64,000 nucleotides of DNA from Auanema rhodensis (taxonomy: Eukaryota; Animalia; Nematoda), in contig OZ059896.1 in the NCBI GenBank assembly GCA_964057225.1, positions 682,001 through 746,000 on the forward strand, in the 5' to 3' direction. A model generated the notes under the pieces. That model was not told the DNA's origin and made no database searches. It saw nothing but the letters and a program-made list of their open reading frames with translations. The position numbers and the translations under genes were made by a program. Shown one piece after another: positions 57,401 to 64,000 of this stretch (positions are counted from its first letter, which is position 1; every line of letters begins with the position of its first letter).

Positions 57401-60400
57401 TAATTTTGAAAACCGCATCTCTTTATCTTTCACGTGAAGCGAGTTACATACCAAGTGCACATCACGTGTACATATAATTAGCATAAATTAAAGTTCACGT
57501 AAATTTCAAAGTCATGGTTACCATGAACCAATATCAATAAAAATTTGTTTTTAGACTAATATGGACATGGGGAATCTAATTTTGAAAACCGCATCTCTTT
57601 ATCTTTCACGTGAAGCGAGTTACATACCAAGTGCACATCACGTGTACATTTAATAAGCACAAATTAAAGTTCACGTAAATTTCAAAGTCATGGTTACCAT
57701 GAACCAATATCAATAAAAATTTGTTTTTAGACTAATATGGACATGGGAAATCTAATTTTGAAAACCGCATCTCTTCATCTTTTACGTGAAGCGAGTTACA
57801 TACCAAGTGCACATCACGTGTACATTTAATTAGCATAAATTAAAATTCACGTAATTTTCAAAGTCATGGTTACCATGAACCAATATCAATAAAAATTTGT
57901 TTTTAGACTAACATGGACATGGGGAATCTAACTTTTAAAACCGCATCTCTTTATCTTTCACGTGAAGCGAGTTACACACCAAGTGCACATCACGTGTACA
58001 TTTAATTAGCATAAATTAAAGTTCACGTAAATTTCGAAGTCATGGGTACCATGAACCAATATCAATAAAAATTTGTTTTTAGACTAATATGGACATGGGG
58101 AATCTAATTTTGAAAACCGCATCTCTTTATCTTTCACGTGAAGCGAGTTACATACCAAGTGCACATCACGTGTACATTTAATTAGCATAAATTAAAGTTC
58201 ACGTAAATTTCAAAGTCATGGTTACCATGAACCAATATCAATAAAAATTTGTTTTTAGACTAATATGGACATGGGAAATCTAATTGTGGAAACCGCATCT
58301 CTTTATCTTTCACGTGAAGCGAGTTACATACCAAGTGCACATCACGTGTACATTTAATTAGCATAAATTAAAGTTCACGTAAATTTCAAAGTCATGGTTA
58401 CCATGAACCAATATCAATAAAAATTTGTTTTTAGACTAATATGGACATGGGAAATCTAATTTTGAAAACCGCATCTCTTTATCTTTTACGTGAAGCGAGT
58501 TACATACCAAGTGCACATCACGTGTACATTTAATTAGCATAAATTAAAGTTCACGTAAATTTCAAAGTCATGGTTACCATGCACCAATATCAATCAAACT
58601 TTGTTTTTAGACTAATATGGACATGGGGAATCTAATTTTGAAAACCGCATCTCTTTATCTTTCACGTGAAGCGAGTTACATACCAAGTGCACATCACGTG
58701 TACATTTAATTAGCATAAATTAAAGTTCACGTAAATTTCAAAGTCATGGTTATCATGAACCAATATCAATAAAAATTTGTTTTTAGACTAATATGGACAT
58801 GGGAAATCTAATTTTGAAAACCGCATCTCTTTATCTTTTACGTGAAGCGAGTTACATACCAAGTGCACATCACGTGTACATTTAATTAGCATAAATTAAA
58901 GTTCACGTAAATTTCAAAGTCATGGTTACCATGAACCAATATCAATAAAAATTTGTTTTTAGACTAATATGGACATGGGAAATCTAATTTTGAAAACCGC
59001 ATCTCTTTATCTTTCACGTGAAGCGAGTTACATACCAAGTGCACATCACGTGTACATATAATTAGCATAAATTAAAGTTCACGTAAATTTCAAAGTCATG
59101 GTTACCATGAACCAATATCAATAAAAATTTGTTTTTAGACTAATATGGACATGGGGAATCTAATTTTGAAAACCGCATCTCTTTATCTTTCACGTGAAGC
59201 GAGTTACATACCAAGTGCACATCACGTGTACATTTAATTAGCATAAATTAAAGTTCACGTAAATTTCAAAGTCATGGTGACCATGAACCAATATCAATAA
59301 AAATTTGTTTTTAGACTAATATGGACATGGGGAATCTAATTTTGAAAACCGCATCTCTTTATCTTTCACGTGAAGCGAGTTACATACCAAGTGCACATCA
59401 CGTGTACATTTAATTAGCATAAATTAAAGTTCACGTAAATTTCAAAGTCATGGTTACCATGAACCAATATCAATAAAAATTTGTTTTTAGACTAATATGG
59501 ACATGGGAAATCTAATTTTGAAAACCGCATCTCTTTATCTTTCACGTGAAGCGAGTTACATACCAAGTGCACATCACGTGTACATATAATTAGCATAAAT
59601 TAAAGTTCACGTAAATTTCAAAGTCATGGTTACCATGAACCAATATCAATAAAAATTTGTTTTCAGACTAATATGGACATGGGGAATCTAATTTTGAAAA
59701 CCGCATCTCTTTATCTTTCACGTGAAGCGAGTTACATACCAAGTGCACATCACGTGTACATTTAATTAGCATAAATTAAAATTCACGTAATTTTCAAAGT
59801 CATGGTTACCATGAACCAATATCAATAAAAATTTGTTTTTAGACTAATATGGACATGGGGAATCTAATTTTGAAAACCGCATCTCTTTATCTTTCACGTG
59901 AAGCGAGTTACATACCAAGTGCACATCACGTGTACATTTAATTAGCATAAATTAAAGTTCACGTAAATTTCAAAGTCATGGGTACCATGAACCAATATCA
60001 ATAAAAATTTGTTTTTAGACTAATATGGACATGGGGAATCTAACTTTGAAAACCGCATCTCTTTATCTTTCACGTGAAGCGAGTTACATACCAAGTGCAC
60101 ATCACGTGTACATTTAATTAGCATAAATTAAAGTTCACGTAAATTTCAAAGTCATGGGTACCATGAACCAATATCAATAAAAATTTGTTTTTAGACTAAT
60201 ATGGACATGGGGAATCTAATTTTGAAAACCGCATCTCTTTATCTTTCACGTGAAGCGAGTTACATACCAAGTGCACATCACGTGTAACTTTAATTAGCAT
60301 AAATTAAAGTTCACGTAAATTTCAAAGTCATGGTTACCATTAACCAATATCAATAAAAATTTGTTTTTAGACTAATATGGACATGGGGAATCTAATTTTG

Positions 60401-63400
60401 AAAACCGCATCTCTTTATCATTCACGTGAAGCGAGTTACATACCAAGTGCACATCACGTGTACATTTAATTAGCATAAATTAAAGTTCACGTAAATTTCA
60501 AAGTCATGGTTACCATGCACCAATATCAATAAACATTTGTTTTTAGACTAATATGGACATGAGGAATCTACTTTTGAAAACCGCATCTCTTTATCTTTCA
60601 CGTGAAGCGAGTTACATACCAAGTGCACATGACGTGTACATTTAATTAGCATAAATTAAAGTTCACATAAATTTCAAAGTCATGGTTACCATGAACCAAT
60701 ATCAATGAAAATTTGTTTGTAGACTAATATGGACATGGGGAATCTAATTTTGAAAACCGCATCTCTTTATCTTTCACGTGAAGCGAGTTACATACCAAGT
60801 GCACATCACGTGTACATATAATTAGCATAAATTAAAGTTCACGTAAATTTCAAAGTCATGGTTACCATGAACCAATATCAATAAAAATTTGTTTTTAGAC
60901 TAATATGGACATGGGGAATCTAATTTTGAAAACCGCATCTCTTTATCTTTCACGTGAAGCGAGTTACATACCAAGTGCACATCACGTGTACATTTAATTA
61001 GCATAAATTAAAATTCACGTAAATTTCAAAGTCATGGTTACCATGAACCAATATCAATAAAAATTTGTTTTTAGACTAATATGGACATGGGGAATCTAAT
61101 TTTGAAAACCGCATCTCTTTATCTTTCACGTGAAGCGAGTTACATACCAAGTGCACATCACGTGTACATTTAATTAGCATAAATTAAAGTTCACGTAAAT
61201 TTCAAAGTCATGGTTACCATGAACCAATATCAATAAAAATTTGTTTTTAGACTAATATGGACATGGGGAATCTAATTTTGAAAACCGCATCTCTTTATCT
61301 TTCACGTGAAGCGAGTTACATACCAAGTGCACATCACGTGTACATTTAATTAGCATAAATTAAAGTTCACGTAAATTTCAAAGTCATGGTTACCATGCAC
61401 CAATATCAATAAAAATTTGTTTTTAGACTAATATGGACATGGGGAATCTAATTTTGAAAACCGCATCTCTTTATCTTTCACGTGAAGCGAGTTACATACC
61501 AAGTGCACATCACGTGTACATTTAATTAGCATAAATTAAAGTTCACGTAAATTTCAAAGTCATGGTTATCATGAACCAATATCAATAAAAATTTGTTTTT
61601 AGACTAATATGGACATGAGAAATCTAATTTTGAAAACCGCATCTCTTTATCTTTCACGTGAAGCGAGTTACATACCAAGTGCACATCACGTGTACATTTA
61701 ATTAGCATAAATTAAAGTTCACGTAAATTTCAAAGTCATGGTTACCATGCACCAATATCAATAAAAATTTGTTTTTAGACTAATATGGACATGGGGAATC
61801 TAATTTTGAAAACCGCATCTCTTTATCTTTCACGTGAAGCGAGTTACATACCAAGTGCACATCACGTGTACATTTAATTAGCATAAATTAAAGTTCACGT
61901 AAATTTCAAAGTCATGGTTACCATGAACCAATATCAATAAAAATTTGTTTTTAGACTAATATGGACATGGGGAATCTAATTTTGAAAACCGCATCTCTTT
62001 ATCTTTCACGTGAAACGAGTTACATACCAAGTGCACATCACGTGTACATTTAATTAGCATAAATTAAAGTTCACGTAAATTTCAAAGTCATGGTTACCAT
62101 GAACCAATATCAATAAAAATTTGTAATTAGACTAATATGGACATGGGGAATCTAATTTTGAAAACCGCATCTCTTTATCTTTCACGTGAAGCGAGTTACA
62201 TACCAAGTGCACATCACGTGTACATTTAATTAGCATAAATTAAAGTTCACGTAAATTTCAAAGTCATGGTTACCATGAACCAATATCAATAAAAATTTGT
62301 TTTTAGACTAATATGGACATGGGAAATCTAATTTTGGAAACCGCATCTCTTTATCTTTCACGTGAAGCGAGTTACATACCAAGTGCACATCACGTGTACA
62401 TTTAATTAGCATAAATTAAAGTTCACGTAAATTTCAAAGTCATGGTTACCATGAACCAATATCAATAAAAATTTGTTTTTAGACTAATATGGACATGGGA
62501 AATCTAATTTTGAAAACCGCATCTCTTTATCTTTTACGTGAAGCGAGTTACATACCAAGTGCACATCACGTGTACATTTAATTAGCATAAATTAAAGTTC
62601 ACGTAAATTTCAAAGTCATGGTTATCATGAACCAATATCAATAAAAATTTGTTTTTAGACTAATATGGACATGGGAAATCTAATTTTGAAAACCGCATCT
62701 CTTTATCTTTTACGTGAAGCGAGTTACATACCAAGTGCACATCACGTGTACATTTAATTAGCATAAATTAAAGTTCACGTAAATTTCAAAGTCATGGTTA
62801 CCATGAACCAATATCAATAAAAATTTGTTTTTAGACTAATATGGACATGGGAAATCTAATTTTGAAAACCGCATCTCTTTATCTTACACGTGAAGCGAGT
62901 TACATACCAAGTGCACATCACGTGTACATATAATTAGCATAAATTAAAGTTCACGTAAATTTCAAAGTCATGGTTACCATGAACCAATATCAATAAAAAT
63001 TTGTTTTTAGACTAATATGGACATGGGGAATCTAATTTTGAAAACCGCATCTCTTTATCTTTCACGTGAAGCGAGTTACATACCAAGTGCACATCACGTG
63101 TACATTTAATTAGCATAAATTAAAGTTCACGTAAATTTCAAAGTCATGGGTACCATGAACCAATATCAATAAAAATTTGTTTTTAGACTAATATGGACAT
63201 GGGGAATCTAATTTTGAAAAGCGCATCTCTTTATCTTTCACGTGAAGCGAGTTACATACCAAGTGCACATCACGTGTACATTTAATTAGCATAAATTAAA
63301 GTTCACGTAAATTTCAAAGTCATGGTTACCATGAACCAATATCAATAAAAATTTGTTTTTAGACTAATATGGACATGGGGAATCTAATTTTGAAAACCGC

Positions 63401-64000
63401 ATCTCTTTATCATTCACGTGAAGCGAGTTACATACCAAGTGCACATCACGTGTAACTTTAATTAGCATAAATTAAAGTTCACGTAAATTTCAAAGTCATG
63501 GTTACCATGCACCAATATCAATAAACATTTGTTTTTAGACTAATATGGACATGGGGAATCTACTTTTGAAAACCGCATCTCTTTATCTTTCACGTGAAGC
63601 GAGTTACATACCAAGTGCACATCACGTGTACATATAATTAGCATAAATTAAAGTTCACGTAAATTTCAAAGTCATGGTTACCATGAACCAATATCAATAA
63701 AAATTTGTTTTTAGACTAATATGGACATGGGGAATCTAATTTTGAAAACCGCATCTCTTTATCTTTCACGTGAAGCGAGTTACATACCAAGTGCACATCA
63801 CGTGTACATATAATTAGCATAAATTAAAGTTCACGTAAATTTCAAAGTCATGGTTACCATGAACCAATATCAATAAAAATTTGTTTTTAGACTAATATGG
63901 ACATGGGGAATCTAATTTTGAAAACCGCATCTCTTTATCATTCACGTGAAGCGAGTTACATACCAAGTGCACATCACGTGTAACTTTAATTAGCATAAAT

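Larger units (their letters stand above)
1..64000. repeat. Tandem satellite DNA array, 176-bp monomer, about 363.6 copies, single orientation; candidate centromeric/pericentromeric satellite
   Basis: GACTAAT recurs at 5, 181, 357, 533 and onward (period 176). After three 175-bp monomers the phase is 2+176k and holds exactly from 6338 to 63890. No non-repeat sequence seen. The centromeric label is inference from length and composition only. Confidence 0.99.

Noticed and set aside
1-64000. CRISPR array or other repeat-spacer system
   Set aside because: There are no unique spacers. The entire 176 bp repeats at about 97-100% identity, and no cas genes or leader are present.
1-64000. Protein-coding repeat or ORFs from the ATGs at m8, m14, m137 and m146
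   Set aside because: Stop codons are frequent on both strands and 176 is not a multiple of 3, so any frame shifts each monomer and soon terminates. Only very short ORFs are possible.
1-64000. Variant order as an encoded message or programmed diversification system
   Set aside because: The patterns are adequately explained by point mutation plus in-register duplication, deletion and conversion. No associated enzyme gene or template is present in the window.

Overview
The whole 64 kb window is one uninterrupted, head-to-tail, single-orientation satellite array with a 176-bp monomer (about 32% GC). It holds 363 complete monomers (5-63889) plus partial ends. Consensus (monomer coordinates m1-m176, e.g. 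window 533-708): GACTAATATGGACATGGGGAATCTAATTTTGAAAACCGCATCTCTTTATCTTTCACGTGAAGCGAGTTACATACCAAGTGCACATCACGTGTACATTTAATTAGCATAAATTAAAGTTCACGTAAATTTCAAAGTCATGGTTACCATGAACCAATATCAATAAAAATTTGTTTTTA. Monomers differ from it by about 0-5 substitutions. The only indel I found is one 1-bp deletion, present in three monomers before 6.3 kb. I see no genes, RNA genes, transposons, CRISPR spacers or inversions. Length, AT-richness and homogeneity suggest a eukaryotic centromeric or pericentromeric satellite, but I do not recognise the family or species. I cannot support a new gene system here. What is interesting is structural: (1) the monomer is dense in dyad symmetries and carries three helically phased TCACGT cores; (2) several linked multi-base variants convert quasi-palindromes into perfect ones, suggesting template-switch mutagenesis; (3) diagnostic SNPs record nested in-register duplications of 3 to 36 monomers, with chimeric junction monomers and no fixed higher-order repeat. 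All comparisons were made by eye.
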